This document shows positions 24,101-36,620 of a DNA stretch of 64,000 nucleotides, piece after piece. The stretch is from Mytilus californianus (taxonomy: Eukaryota). Numbering within the stretch: the stretch's first letter is position 1; every line of letters begins with the position of its first letter. The stretch lies in assembly GCF_021869535.1 (NCBI RefSeq), contig NW_026262684.1:62001-126000 (forward strand), written 5' to 3'. The position numbers were made by a program, and so were the translations under genes. Below the pieces are notes generated by a model. That model made no database searches. It was not told the DNA's origin and saw nothing but the letters and a program-made list of their open reading frames with translations.

Positions 24101-27060
24101 CAATAGACAGACTTTTTTTTAAAATAAACTTAAATGCGAAATAATCAGTTATAAAAACTTTTACACAAAGGATGCAGCTGGAACAAATTTATTTATTGCA
24201 GATACTTATTTAAAACTGTATGGTTTCTCTTTAATCCTCTATTTCAGATATTTAGTAAGATGTGTTATTTCACACAAATTTTCTGATAATTAATACGATT
24301 TGTTCCTTTAATCCACCAGTTCAACATATTGTACTATCACATATTTGTTATGACTTTACTTTTGTTAAGATACATCTATCTTCCTGTATATTTGGAGGTC
24401 TGTTTGTGTTTTTTTTTTAAGTTTCCATTTGGGGCTATAGTTTCCATTGGGGGCTATTGTTTTCATTGGGGGCTAGAGCTGGGATTTGCTAATGACTTTT
24501 TTATTAAGTCGTAACTACGCAGAATTGACAATAGAAAAAAACACAATAATCTTCTACTATTTTTAATTACGTTTTTCTACATAGAATAGATAAACCAAAT
24601 TGGAAAGCACAGCAATTTTTGTAGCACAATAGACGACTTTAACATTTGTGAATTGTTCCGTACATTTCTAATGTGACAATGCTTATGTTATAACATCACA
24701 GTAAGACAACTTGAATTCTCAATGACATCATTTACTGCGATTGAACCCTGGTCAACTGGCGTAATTCATTCATAAAATTAACTCAAGATTGTTCTATACT
24801 TACATTGAATATCCAAAATAACTTCATCAGTCAATGGCCTTTCTAACGTGGCACTGACAGCAGAGCATTCAAATGATTTCATATTGTCCTTGTTGCTTGG
24901 AACAAACGAATATGCTATTTTACCACTTGCACCACTCTTAACGGTTGAACCGTTTTCTTTTAAAAAGAGAACTTCTTGCGGTTTACCGCTGTTTAGAGTG
25001 CATACGATATCTAGTTTATGCCCTTCGATTCCACGAACATGTTTTTGTTGTCTCGGTTTCAACGTATTCAAAAAAGTCAAGTTGTTTGGTGGACCTACAA
25101 ATGATCATTTCAACTCTTTATATATGACACACGACAAAACATAAGATTATATACATAATATGTATAAATAAACAAGAAACTTATTTTTACAAAATAAAAG
25201 AAACAAGTTTTTATACCATACGATAAAACTTTAGTTACATATAGCTGTTTTATATATCCATTTCAATGCAGATTCATTTGTATCACACTATCATCCAGAA
25301 TTATTTTATATATGACTTTTTCCAATTTTTTCATATATTAGCACTTGGACAATTGTATATACTAGTAGAGAAATGTCGTTTAAAAAATGTAAAATTTCTT
25401 ATATTTCATTAGTCATCGCAATGTCAAATTGCCAATTTGTCAATTCAATAAAATTAAAAATACTATGTAGTAATTAGATTGATTGATTGATTGATTGATG
25501 GGAGTTTAACGCCACTTTCACAAATAAAGTGCTATTTCGTGGCGGTCAGTTTTTATTGGTGGAGGAAGCCGGAGTCCCCGGAGAAAACCACCGACCTTCG
25601 GTAGGAAAAATGACAATCCTAGTCAATTAAGATTGGAGTCGAGTGCACCTTCACGAGGGGGTTGTAGTAATTAGACAATTGGGCTGTGTTCGACCAGTGT
25701 TCTATGAATCAAATATTAGGGGTTGTATTCGATATTAACTTTAACATATTTAATATACATCATGACACTTACTCTCTAAATGAACGGTGAATATATGTAT
25801 ATAAACTATTCCAGAATTCCAATACTCGCAAGTGTAATTCCCCTCACCAACTTCAGAGATATTTCTAACAACCAAACTGCATTTATCGCTTTCGTTATTT
25901 CCAATAATATCAATGTTTAAGTCATGAAGTTTCGGATTGAGCAGAAGCCCAGCCGTATAAGGTTCTTCCTCATTTGTATCCATTTTTGTAATTGAAGATA
26001 TCTTTGGACCTGACCATGCACTTTCATTGTGTAGACGGCATGTGCAATTGAGTACAACATTTTCACCCTTTTCTACAAAAATCTTTGTGTTGTGTCTTTT
26101 ATAAGGAAAATCATCTGCATAATAAAAGACAGATCTGTTACAAATAATTTCGTAAAATAGATAACAATATATTTTTTTTAATATGTTAAAACATGAAACT
26201 ATACTTAGTCTAGTAAATATTTACAAAATGATAGATTAATACAATTTTAACATTGTTGATTTAAAATAAGATGTCTCTTATAATTGCTTTTGAAATTTTA
26301 TTTGAAATAATGAATATTCTTAAAACACAGACATGTATATTTAATAAATGTATACTTTTTTTTTTAAATTGGTAACCAAAGCAATTTTTTTTTTTTGTAA
26401 TTTAACACTAATGATAACCCGATTATCTTGCCGTTTATGCTATGCTTGATAAGAGATACTGAAAACGTAACAAATAAGAAATTATTTCTGGATAAATTGT
26501 GTAATGTGACTTATACAAAGATGAGAGAAACTTATTTGGCTGTTGAAATTATAACGATAGTTGACTATATGCTAACTTTTAAATGTTGATAGATGGTATG
26601 CTTGTGTTCTGTTGACAATTGGCTTGTGAATTCTTTATTTTACTGGTAATGTTTACAGATTATTAATATGTTTATCGCTTTAGAAAACTGCGAAAAACCA
26701 GGAATAAACAGTTAAAAGTACAAATAAGAGGCCACAAGTAGATAAGATTAGATTGATATTGAAATTTCATACATCCATCCAGGTAACACAAATCAAGGAA
26801 CAAAAAAATAAATAATTTTGTTATCACCAGCAACTGAATTATCTTATGTCAGTATTAAAATGTGGTCATTGTCCAATATTTGAAAAGTATTTTTTTAAGA
26901 GGTTAATTATGGCAACAAGTTTTAAAAGATGTTTAAATCGTAAAATATCGATAATGTTATATTTATTCACAAGTGTCAACTTTATTCATATATTACCTGA
27001 GGAATAACAATCTAACAGATGTATCAAAAAAATCTTCAAAATACTGACGAAGATCCTCAT
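17612..27060 (-). CDS. IgSF receptor gene A, intact: SP-IgV-Ig-Ig-Ig-atypical Ig-FN3-TM-tyrosine-rich tail, 787 aa (nephrin-like architecture)
   Basis: join(26997-27060, 25773-26114, 24804-25094, 23068-23328, 22342-22635, 20347-20667, 19406-19696, 17612-18111) = 2364 nt. All introns GT-AG and phase 1; no stop seen in the spliced frame. Confidence 0.92.
18965..19170. repeat. Dispersed repeat, related copy at about 38310-38490; probably a solo retroelement 3' tail
   Basis: gggcaacatgaaccccatcaaataattgagggtgatattatatgttcctgcag versus gaacagcacgaacccctaaaaactgggggtaaactcaggtgttccggaagg. The class assignment is an inference. Confidence 0.45.
19406..19696 (-). CDS. Gene A exon 7: fibronectin type III domain
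   Basis: 291 nt. RPEPPNNITV...SWIPGFNGGSNQDFFIQ...YFVCMFSRNVIGDS, with FN3 hallmarks (W-x-P-G-F-x-G-G; Y...N-x-x-G-x-S). Confidence 0.92.
20347..20667 (-). CDS. Gene A exon 6: atypical membrane-proximal Ig-like domain
   Basis: 321 nt, acceptor 20668-69, donor GTACGT. APPIFISTN...EDFVNYTLEACNIKGCNSYTVYL. Homologous to 42480-42824. Confidence 0.85.
20851..22167. mobile_element. Foldback/MITE-like element in gene A intron 5, with 21-bp satellite arrays in inverted orientation
   Basis: 20851-20996 (about 5 units) is the inverse of about 21775-22167 (about 16 units of aattccaagattaaagttgga). Imperfect outer ends tacggaagcgtat / atacgctatcgca. Confidence 0.75.
22342..22635 (-). CDS. Gene A exon 5: Ig domain
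   Basis: 294 nt. YPPVVSV...LHCHPEGEP...KW...GIYVCRVSNG. Homologous to 46116-46396. Confidence 0.92.
23068..23328 (-). CDS. Gene A exon 4: I/C2-set Ig domain
   Basis: 261 nt. YKP...CQGNSNPP..INW...YTCVASNRVG. Confidence 0.92.
24804..25094 (-). CDS. Gene A exon 3: C2-like Ig domain
   Basis: 291 nt. IVCTLNSGKP...DNMKSFECSAVS. Confidence 0.9.
25479..25662 (-). mobile_element. 5'-truncated V-domain SINE with (AATC)n tail and 13-bp target-site duplication
   Basis: Minus strand aggtcggtggttttctccggggactccggcttcctcc resembles the V-SINE core. tgtagtaattaga at 25466-78 and 25663-75. Confidence 0.8.
25773..26114 (-). CDS. Gene A exon 2: V-type Ig domain
   Basis: 342 nt. GENVVLNCTC...AWSGP...KCSLVVRNIS..GEGNYTCEY. 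Confidence 0.92.
26997..27060 (-). CDS. Gene A exon 1: signal peptide
   Basis: 64 nt (21 codons +1), MRIFVSILKIFLIHLLDCYSS, donor G|GTAATA, in frame with exon 2. Confidence 0.8.
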
Positions 27061-29454
27061 ACTTAAACATAAAGTAACTGAAATTTCAAATTATGTAAAT
27101 GTAGAAAAGCAAAATTGTTTGAACTTGTCAATTACAAATGATTATAATCGATAGACAAATAATTTTGGCATGACATCTTTGTTGTAATGTATATTTATAT
27201 AACATGTTTCAAACATAATAAAATACACATCAAGCGTATGATCGAAGTAAATACCGACACAGCGGACCAAAGCCAATTAACTAATAAAACCTCAATGCTT
27301 TGACCTTAATAGACCAATTCATAAGATAATTACTGGCGTGAACAATGATTAGAGATATACAACTAAATATAAATAAACCTTGACCGCAGATAATTGATAG
27401 CTATTAACGACCACTCTTATTAGAACGATCACAGACACTATATCATAATTACAAAAGTAGTTATTGTTGATATAAAGCCTTAAACGTCCAGTAGGAAGTA
27501 TTTCAAGATACCCAGTCTGATATTGTTGAAGTACTGAAAAAATATAAAACATGAAAAAATAATTATTTTTATTATGCAAATATTTGGGCTTAAGGGCAAC
27601 ACGTTATGTTACAGAAAACTTCCTTGGCGTCATTGCATGAGCTAGCCACATATCTTTGACAGAAATGCGTCACCATAGGGGTATTTGCATACACGTGTGT
27701 GTACGTCTACCAGTCTACTTGTCTCAGAGTACTTTAGAAAGCCGTTCCCGAGCGGTATAGCCTTACTTGATTTTCCACGTGGTAGCGCATAAGAGTAAAT
27801 CTTTGTGGGCATAGACCGACGTGACATGGAGCTGTTGAGCAATCAAGATGAGACTGTTCCTCGTTAAGGTACGTAGGCACCCTAACTACGCAGAAAATAT
27901 TGATAAATGTCTGGCCTTAGCATTTACAATAGTAACATAACGTGAACCATAAAGGCACAACATCTTCGTAAAAATTCGGCGGTGTTGGGGCGGCTGGAGG
28001 GTTGATTAGAGTTATTTGCACTGCTACTGCTACTGACTAATTAATGCAACTGACTGAATAAGCCTGACAAAGATTGAAAATTAACACGTGCACCAAGTTC
28101 ATGAGACGGTTAAGAAAACATTGCCGTCTCTACCACACCATAAATCTAGTAATAAAATGTGTATCGTCCACCTAAATAAATAATGGATTTTGACAGAAGC
28201 CGAGTCGGACAGAACATGAAACACTAATATAAACATCAATTAAAAATTTCTAATTTATATAACATGTTTCAAACATAATAAAATACACATCAAGCGTATG
28301 ATCGAAGTAAATACCGACACAGCAGACCAAAGCCAATTAACTAATAAAACCTCAATGCGTTGACCTTAATAGACCAATTGATAAGAGAATTACTGGTGTG
28401 AACAATGATTAGAGATATACAACTAATTATAAATAAACCTTGACCGCAGATAATTGATAGCTATTAACGACCACTCTTATAAGAACGATCACAGACACTA
28501 TACCATAATTACAAAAGTAGTTATTGTTGATATTAAGCCTGTAAACGTCCAGCAGTAAGTATTTCAAGATACCCAGTCTGATATTGTTGAAGTACTGAAC
28601 AAATATAAAACATGATAAAATAATTATGCAAATATTTGGGCTTAAGGGCAACACGTTATGTTACAGAAAACTTCCTTGGCGTCATTGAATAAAAAGCGAT
28701 GAATGTAAACTAACTGACGCCAACATTATACTTAACTATCCGAGCAGTGTGCGCGGCACACTGTGTGAATGCTTGAGGATATTTTTCTCTAATATCATGT
28801 AATTCACTCAGTTCTGTCATATTGTAAATCAAGAACAAAACAAATTACATGCTACCTGCAGTTGACACAAAGCACACAGTATGTACATAAAATGATAGTG
28901 TGTTCTCAGATAATTAAGGATAATTTGCCGCTAAAATACTGTGCCTGATCTAGCCACATATCGTTGACAGAAATGCGTCACCATAGGGGTATTTGCATAC
29001 ACGTGTGTGTACGTCTACCAGTCTACTTGTCTCAGAGTACTTTAGCAAGCCGTTCCCGAGCGGTATAGCCTTACTTGATTTTCCACGTGGTACCGAATAA
29101 GAGTAAATCTTTGTGGGCATAGACCGACGTGAAATTGAACTGTTGAGCAATCAAGATGAGACTGTTCCTCGTTAAGGTACGTAGGCACCATAAATACTCA
29201 GAAAATTTGGGGAACGATATTATATTTGGCCAAATAATATATCATAGCCCAAAACGAAATATGAAACGTTATGTTGCCTGCTCAAGTTGCATATTGAGTA
29301 ACCCCAAAATTTGAAGGTGTTGTGCCTGATGAAGCCTTGTGTCTTGTTAAAATTTAAGTTGATCTAGAGAAAATTAATGTCAATATAAAAATCCTTAACC
29401 ACAATATTGAGATCAACATGAAAAGAAAAGACACAAGGCTAGGATGTAGGACAT

Positions 29455-29880
29455 GTTACAAAGTTATAACCGATCGCGGATTTAATATCCGATTTAAATG
29501 TTCTACTGTAGCGTTTAAAACAATCTGATTTCCAACGTCCTAGTGATTGTATCATGCTGTCCTCAATACCTTTAGAACTAGCGCTAGTGGCTGCACCTGA
29601 TCGAAAGGAATGTCCGCTATAATCCTTTTCACTCTATCCTAATGCCATGAGTATTGTTTTAAGCTTGCTTATAAAATAGTTCCGGGAAACTGGGTTTCCG
29701 ATTTCTTCAACGAAAAACGAATCTTTGTGCTTTGCGTTTATAGGTTTCGTCTTACACTCAGCATCTGGAATAGCAATTTATACGAAAAAGCGATGTCATC
29801 AATCCTGAACAATGAAATTATAATACCTTGTCGGAAAATATCTGTCTTTGTAGCTTTTAAATTTATAGTTACTTCGTTTC
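29455..29880 (-). pseudogene. Tyrosine recombinase C-terminal remnant
   Basis: LKATKTDIFRQG...YSGHSFRSGAATSASSKGIEDSMIQSLGRWKSDCFKRY: lambda-integrase H-x-x-R box, GRW-x-S and catalytic Tyr. One stop and one frameshift. Confidence 0.9.
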
Positions 29881-32134
29881 TGAAACGAAACATCTGAAAT
29901 AGCAATTAATACGGAAAAGCGATGCCATCAATCTTGAACAATGAAATTATAATGCTGCTAGCCGCGCCTGATTGAAAGGAATGTCCGCTAAAATCGTTTT
30001 GTCTAATTGTGTGACTGGACAAAATATCTCTATGCAGTCTAAATGGACTTCGGTCGGACAATAAATACTATTCTTGTAGTTGATACAATGTATTTGAAAA
30101 AATTACGTCGGTGAAATAGTAAGCTAACAATATGTCAAATGTAAATATAAACAGTGATGAAGATAATTGTGAGCAAAAGTTCTAAATTGCAGTTTTTCGC
30201 GCGATCGTATGTATTTAGGCCTCTTCAATAACTTCAGTTGATGTCAGTTCTTCACATAAATACGCTATAAGTATCACTTATCCAATTGGTCGAATAAACA
30301 ACAGACAAAGAGCTTCTCCTCCATATTCCAAATATGAAATAAAGAAAAAACGAATGTAACTGTGTGCACAATATCTGGTATCATTTAAAATACTAAACCT
30401 TACTATGTAATAATCAACCAAATTACAAAAAAAACAACTACTAGTAAGTAGCAAAATAATAGTTTCAATCAATCCAACCATTACATACACATGTATCGTA
30501 ACATCTAAACTTGTGATGAGTTAGATGTTTGCCCTGTGTTGAAGTGTCAGTGTGACTTTGAGATAAAGGATGGCAATAAAAGCAGATTGTGATATTGTGT
30601 CATGAATTGATATATACCATATCCTTTCTAACTTGCTCATAGTATGTAATCGTTGTCGGGGACAAATGTATACATATTAGGATAAAACGTTTAGTTGCAT
30701 GACTTGTCTATCATTCATTGTGTCATGGAACCTTAATTTCGTTAATTTTTCTAATCTGTAATCAGATTTACGTAGGTAAATTGATAAGGTCGTCGTTGTT
30801 GAGTACTAGAAGGTTAATTGTTTCATGAACTATAACAGACAGTCTGAATGACTGTTAGTTTAATGTACAAGCAGTTTTGTGGAATAGAAGTAAATGATAT
30901 TTGATGGGTGTTAGAAAGTGTCGAAAACTTTCATGAAGTGAATATAAATATATAACATGCGGGAGAGTCGAGTATGAATAGTTACAGCGAATGGACATGT
31001 ATCTGCTTAACCATGTAAATTAGGTAAAGTGTACATATACATGTATGTACATACATTTGTAAAATTGTAAATGTAAAATTGCTTTTTTAAACCAATGCAT
31101 AGGAAGAATCCCGTGGCTTATATATGTATTGCAAACAATAACAAATCTATACAACTAAAGGAAGAGAGCGATTTCATTAAGCCGCAACTCCTCTGAAACC
31201 GTACAAAGTCGGAAATATTTGTGAAATGACGTATAAATGTAGTGTTTTGTACTTCCTAAATTTGTCTTTGAAACAATCTTTTTCCACAGAAAAACGCCAA
31301 TTTTTTAAGAAAATATCCAAATTCGGAGACCGTTATCGATCCGTGTCTTATACGCTTTCGCGCATGCTCAGTCAGTCAGGGGTTGATTCCTGATGAAGTA
31401 CTATAGATTTATTTTTCATCCGATTTCGATGGGATTTTTTTCATTGTGTTACTCATTTTTGATCCCTTTCGGTAATGTCAACGGATTTGACGTAGCTCAT
31501 ACGGTTATTGAGTAAAAAGGGGTAAAATAAAACTACTGAAAATCACACATTGCCACACTTTTTTTGGGTATTTAATATCTTCATTTTCCCACCGAGATGA
31601 ATGGGGTCTTTTGCATTATGTTCCTTATTTTCATCGTTTAAAAAAAATAGAACTAAATGCATTAACCGTGTCCAAATCCTTACTGTGTCCACCTTATTAC
31701 TGTGTCCACGCTCTTTGTTTCAACAGTTGCCCAATTTTACCGCGATTTCGCGGGCATCTCAGTCTAGTACCATATAATAAATGTGTTATAGTCCGATGAT
31801 TTTACTCTCATTCTCATTATTCTTGTGAATCCGTAGCATAGTGTCAAGTAAGAGCCTCTATGCAGAACGTAGTCTTGTTGAGTGTTAACAATACTAATGT
31901 GTCATGATATATAATAGTATAGTGTAACGTTTACTAAACACAACCTGGTGTAACATCTCTGTAATCATAGTTCCATATGTACATGGTATGCAAAATCTGA
32001 AGTCTATGTGCACGTGCTAAATCAGGTGATCACCATAAACATGTCAATGATAAAACAAATATTAAATAGAAAATGTCACATTCAAGATGAACCTATGCAC
32101 TTGCGAACCTTGTGTAGCACAATAATTCTTTAAA

Positions 32135-32139
<5 letters not shown>

Positions 32140-32174
<35 letters not shown>
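32140..32174. repeat. (TA)n microsatellite
   Basis: Direct observation. Confidence 0.95.
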
Positions 32175-32175
<1 letters not shown>

Positions 32176-35100
32176 AATAAATAGAAAGTAATTGTTTCTG
32201 TCTCTTGACTACACGCGTACGTTCTATGAATATCGAAAATATATATACAACATCATGAACTCAATTAGGCGCAATAAATTCTCTTCTGTAGATCTTATAT
32301 CGAGTGAATGTGTAGATAATTCAAATGATCATGCTAAATTGCTGCTCGTCAGTTTCAAACTGCACGCATAATTTGTTGTATGACCAAAATATGAATTGAG
32401 ATGACATGTCTATCGATTATTAATCGTTTAAAAGTATCTATTTTAACGATAGCTTTCAGAAACAATGAAAAATCTAGAAAATAAAATAAATTACAATAAA
32501 CTGACCTGTCTAGAAGATAAATTTGTACCAGATTCTCAAAACACGTCTAAAAATGTTGGTATACCAGTGCAATCTTATCTGTAAGCCAATATCCAATCCG
32601 AGTCATTAGCAGAAAATATCGGCATTGACGCAAGCGTAAATAACAAACTAGTGAAAAATTCTGACGTACGTTTAGTGTTGTATACTAGATATATTTATAT
32701 ACATAGTTGTTACCATTTGAAATTTAGCATCCATTTCTATATGAACAAATAATTCCGTAGCGTCTAATAGAACACATCATTCGTAATCAGCCTACTCGTT
32801 TCCAAGTAAATGTAATCTCACAAATTGCAAAATAAAGCATTTATTCCCATCCGGATCAGTTTCGACACAATCTAAAGTGTCAAATATCGAGTATAATTCT
32901 AAATCTTCATACCTCTTGTTTAAAATGTTGCGGGTGTGTAGTATAAACACAATAAGTATATTGGCGTAATTCGTATAGTTATGTTGGCATTGTAAGAATA
33001 GTTATGAAATTACCAAAAAAAATTGATTAGAATTATTTGCGCTGCTACTGCTACTGACAAATTAATGCAACTGACTGAATAAGCCTGACAAAGATTGAAA
33101 ATTAACACGTGTTCATGAGACGGTTAAGAAAACATTGCCGTCTCTACCACACCATTAATCTAGTAATAAAATGTGTATCGTCCACCTAAATAAATAATGG
33201 ATTTTGACAGAAGCCGAGTCGGACAGAACATGAAACACTAATATAAACATCAATTAAAAATTTCTAAATAATATTGCCTTTTATATTAGCTCATATGTTG
33301 CCACATATGTAAATTTCGACAGGTTTATGTTATTATAGTGACACCACCAAATTAATAAAATATCTGCACTAATTTGTCCACATTATATTACCCTATTCAA
33401 TTATCATATTACCGAAGGGTTGACTGAGAATATTGGGTCATACATTACCTTCTCCCAACTCAGTAAAAGGGATGTGTTGCAAAGCAAAATGTCTGTCCCT
33501 ATCCCGCACTAGTAAAAAAAGGATCGTAATGTTGATATGCTGTTTATTTACACAACTTATGGCCAGTAATGTAAATCTAATTGATACTATTTTTTTTGCT
33601 ATTGTATCTGGCAAATAATCGCTGTTACCAGCCTTTACTAATTATATATTTCTCGTTACTATGGCCGTTAACCTTTGAAATTCAGAATCTAACACTTCAT
33701 GACTCGTGCATGCAATGAAGTTTTCTCAACACTTTTATAAACTTTCCAGAAAGAGAAATATACGTAAGTAATAACCAAATACGTAAACTAGTACCCTTTA
33801 ACTTGCTTATTTCAATTACAATGGATGACACCATTGAGGTAGTTGGCACCGCTACTGATAGGAATCGCAAAGACTTTGTCAAGTAATTGCGGATTGTCTT
33901 TAATGTATTGCTCTACAGTTGCATTAATGATAAAATTGTCAGTTCCTCGATTTGTATGCAGCTATATTCTTGTACATACAAATTAATATTAGATCGAAGT
34001 TAAACCTATATTCAGATATTATTATTTACTAATCAAATTAGAATAAGGATAGTACATTTTGCAGCTAGGTTATTCAAAACAACATAATATTTTTTATTGA
34101 AAGCAAGTTATTTATGATTAAGAATCCAACAAATCTAACCTGATTATAGGTGCAGTAAACCTTTTGCCGTGTATGCCTTCTAAATAAAGATGCCTGTTGC
34201 ACACGTTTATTTCTCGGTTTTTATTACCACTTCACATGTTATGTTATTATTTTTTTTGGCAAATGAACGAACAATGAAATAAATTGAACAAACACCAAAA
34301 TTGATTACAAATAAATACAAAGTTGTAAGGATAGTGATTTTTTTATCATGTTATGATCGACAAATATAAACAAACCAATGTAGTGTTTTAATTCTTCCTT
34401 CTATCGAATTTCGTTTTCCGTTACACATTCATTGAAAACAATAGGAAGAGGAAATTTTTACAATTGAAAACTTTGAACTCGAGTCATTGTAATTGTAGCA
34501 GATTAGGGTGTTAACTCCCCCTTTTAACTTCAAATTGCAAATTGTTTAATACATATTTCGACTGATGCTAAATCATTACAAATTAGTCACATTTATTAGA
34601 CTTTAGTTTTTATAATTTGCCTAGAAAAGACATTTATTTATATTCAGAAATTTATTTATCTTGCTTTGAAAAGTTTAAAAAATATTTATGATCAAAACTG
34701 AGAACCTTTGAAATTTATACGAATATTATTTAGCTAACCTTTTCGAATTGTATGATGACTGGTTACCAGTCCGCCTGGGGGAAAATCGAGCTTTCAACAA
34801 CAAGGTTATTGCATCTGCCACATACCTACAATTCCATTTATTGTTACATAATGATAATTTGGAGGTTTACATGCTAAAAGTTGTATTTGGATAATAAATT
34901 ATATATTTTGTTTATTCTGTTTTTGTTCCATTGACGTTTGATTAATTTCAGCAATGTTGTCAATGAGTCAATAAGCTAGTATTAGCTGTGATCCGCATCC
35001 TGGAATCCCAAGCAGAATTGATTCTTCTACTTAATGCCAATTGATCAGGTGTACAGAAGAGAAACAGAGCGTATATGTACTTTTCTATAGCCATTTGTTT

Positions 35101-35343
35101 ATTTTTTTTTGTTCATGATTTTATTCTTTATTTGTTTGTTGTTATTTTTTTTGGTGGTTTTGTAGACGTTTTGATTTCAATTTGTTATTTTGCTTTTTCG
35201 TTGTTGTGATTCCTAAATGTCATATTTAAAAAAAACTTGCAGAACATTTTTCCACAGTCTTAGAATATGCAGTATCAGTTACATGTATTCTCAAAATATT
35301 GTATTTCTATGCCAGAATTAAAAACAATTTATCTAACCATGTG

Positions 35344-36452
35344 AAAAAGTGAAACAACAAAAATACCGAACTCCAAGGAAAATTTAAAGCGGAAAGTCCC
35401 TTAACAATTGGCAAAAATCAAAAGCTCAAAAACATCAAAAGAATGGAAAACAACTGTCATATTTCTGACTTGGTACACGTATTTTCTTATGTAGAAAATG
35501 ATGGATTAAACCTGGTTTTAAAGATAGCTAAACTTCTCACTTGTATGACAGTCGCATAAAATTCCAATATAAAGACAACAATGTGTGAACAAAACAAACA
35601 AATATGTCAACAACAAAAAAACAAAAAATGGCATTTATACAAAGCAAATACGCAAAAATGAAACACAAGAATACAAAAAAAAACTACAGCAAAACAACAC
35701 AATGGCGTGATGTACAAGAACCGAGCAACGCCTAAAGGATATTACCAAAAATGGACCAAACAGTAAACGTTTATAATTTACAAAGACAAATAAAACAACA
35801 CTATAACACGTAATCCAGATGATAAACAACGTCAGTACCTAGAATCTATACATCAATACCATCATGTATAATTTGTGAAGCTGATACAGAATATTAATCA
35901 ACTAGGTCTTGGTATCTTCCGATGAACTTGTTTTTAGAAAAAGGACGAGACGTTCTTTGACATATCCCTGTTTCATGAACTTTCTGCTCAGACACTGGTG
36001 ACGTTTTACAAAGTCTGAATAGTAGCTGCAAGCTCTTGAATACCGAATGAGTTGGGAAATGTATATCCCATATGCAGGTGAAGTTGGTATATTGCTACAA
36101 AGGTGGGGGAGTTGATAATTTCAAAATTAAAATCGTCTCGTTTGTCATAGATTCTGATACTGAGATGACAACTTATGTCAAAATCGAGGTATAAGTTCTA
36201 AAAATGAGGCGGAGGAAGCCGTGTCTGTTATTTCTTTAATTTCTTGTTCTGGAGGATATATTAATGGAACCCAATCAGAAAAGTTTGGATTGTTTATGGA
36301 AAGAACATCATCAGTATATCTGAATGTCAAATTAAATGATCTGGCTTCTTTGATTTTCTTGTTTTGGACAAGTGTCTGTAGGAACTCCGACTCATATGGA
36401 AATAAGAAGAGATCGGCAAGGAGAGGCGCACAGTTCGTTCCCATAGGAATAT
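35344..36452 (-). mobile_element. 5'-truncated Penelope-like (probably Naiad-type) retroelement: RT C-terminal half plus 3' tail
   Basis: IPMGTNCAPLLADLFL, FRYTDDVL, YDKRDDFNF, PAYGIYISQLIRYSRAC, with frameshifts. Same motifs as 52200-52830. Confidence 0.85.
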
Positions 36453-36620
36453 ATAGTGATATTATTTCAGATTTTGATTCGCTTATTTCTTATTTTCCGA
36501 AACATCGTATATTTTTAATTTTGTCATGGAAATGCCATTTTTTATGTGGTGGATCCAAAATTTATGATCAAATACACATACAACATGAAAAAAAAATAAA
36601 TTTTAACTATTAAGAATTAA

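Larger units (their letters stand above)
27193..33267 (-). mobile_element. DIRS-order tyrosine-recombinase retroelement with split direct repeats (Ngaro/PAT-type A1-...-YR-B1-A2-B2), decayed
   Basis: A1 33023-33267 matches A2 28002-28253. B1 28253-29215 matches B2 27193-27897 (B2 lacks about 255 bp). The YR remnant lies just before B1. No TSD; no gag/RT recognised. Confidence 0.8.

Noticed and set aside
27349-27579. Hydrophobic ORF (and its twin 28427-28654) as gene A's leader exon
   Set aside because: They lie in the B repeats of the YR element and the frames differ between copies. A better signal exon exists at 26997-27060.
27642-29150. Twin 66-aa ORFs MLNSS...
   Set aside because: Frame conservation is explained by recent repeat duplication, and no domain is recognisable.
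29320-29345. cctgatgaagcc (also cctgatgaag at about 31390) as hammerhead cores
   Set aside because: No stem II closure or GAAA at the required distance.
34750-34850. ATGATGA box-C-like motif with a small hairpin (snoRNA?)
   Set aside because: No box D or terminal stem at a suitable distance.
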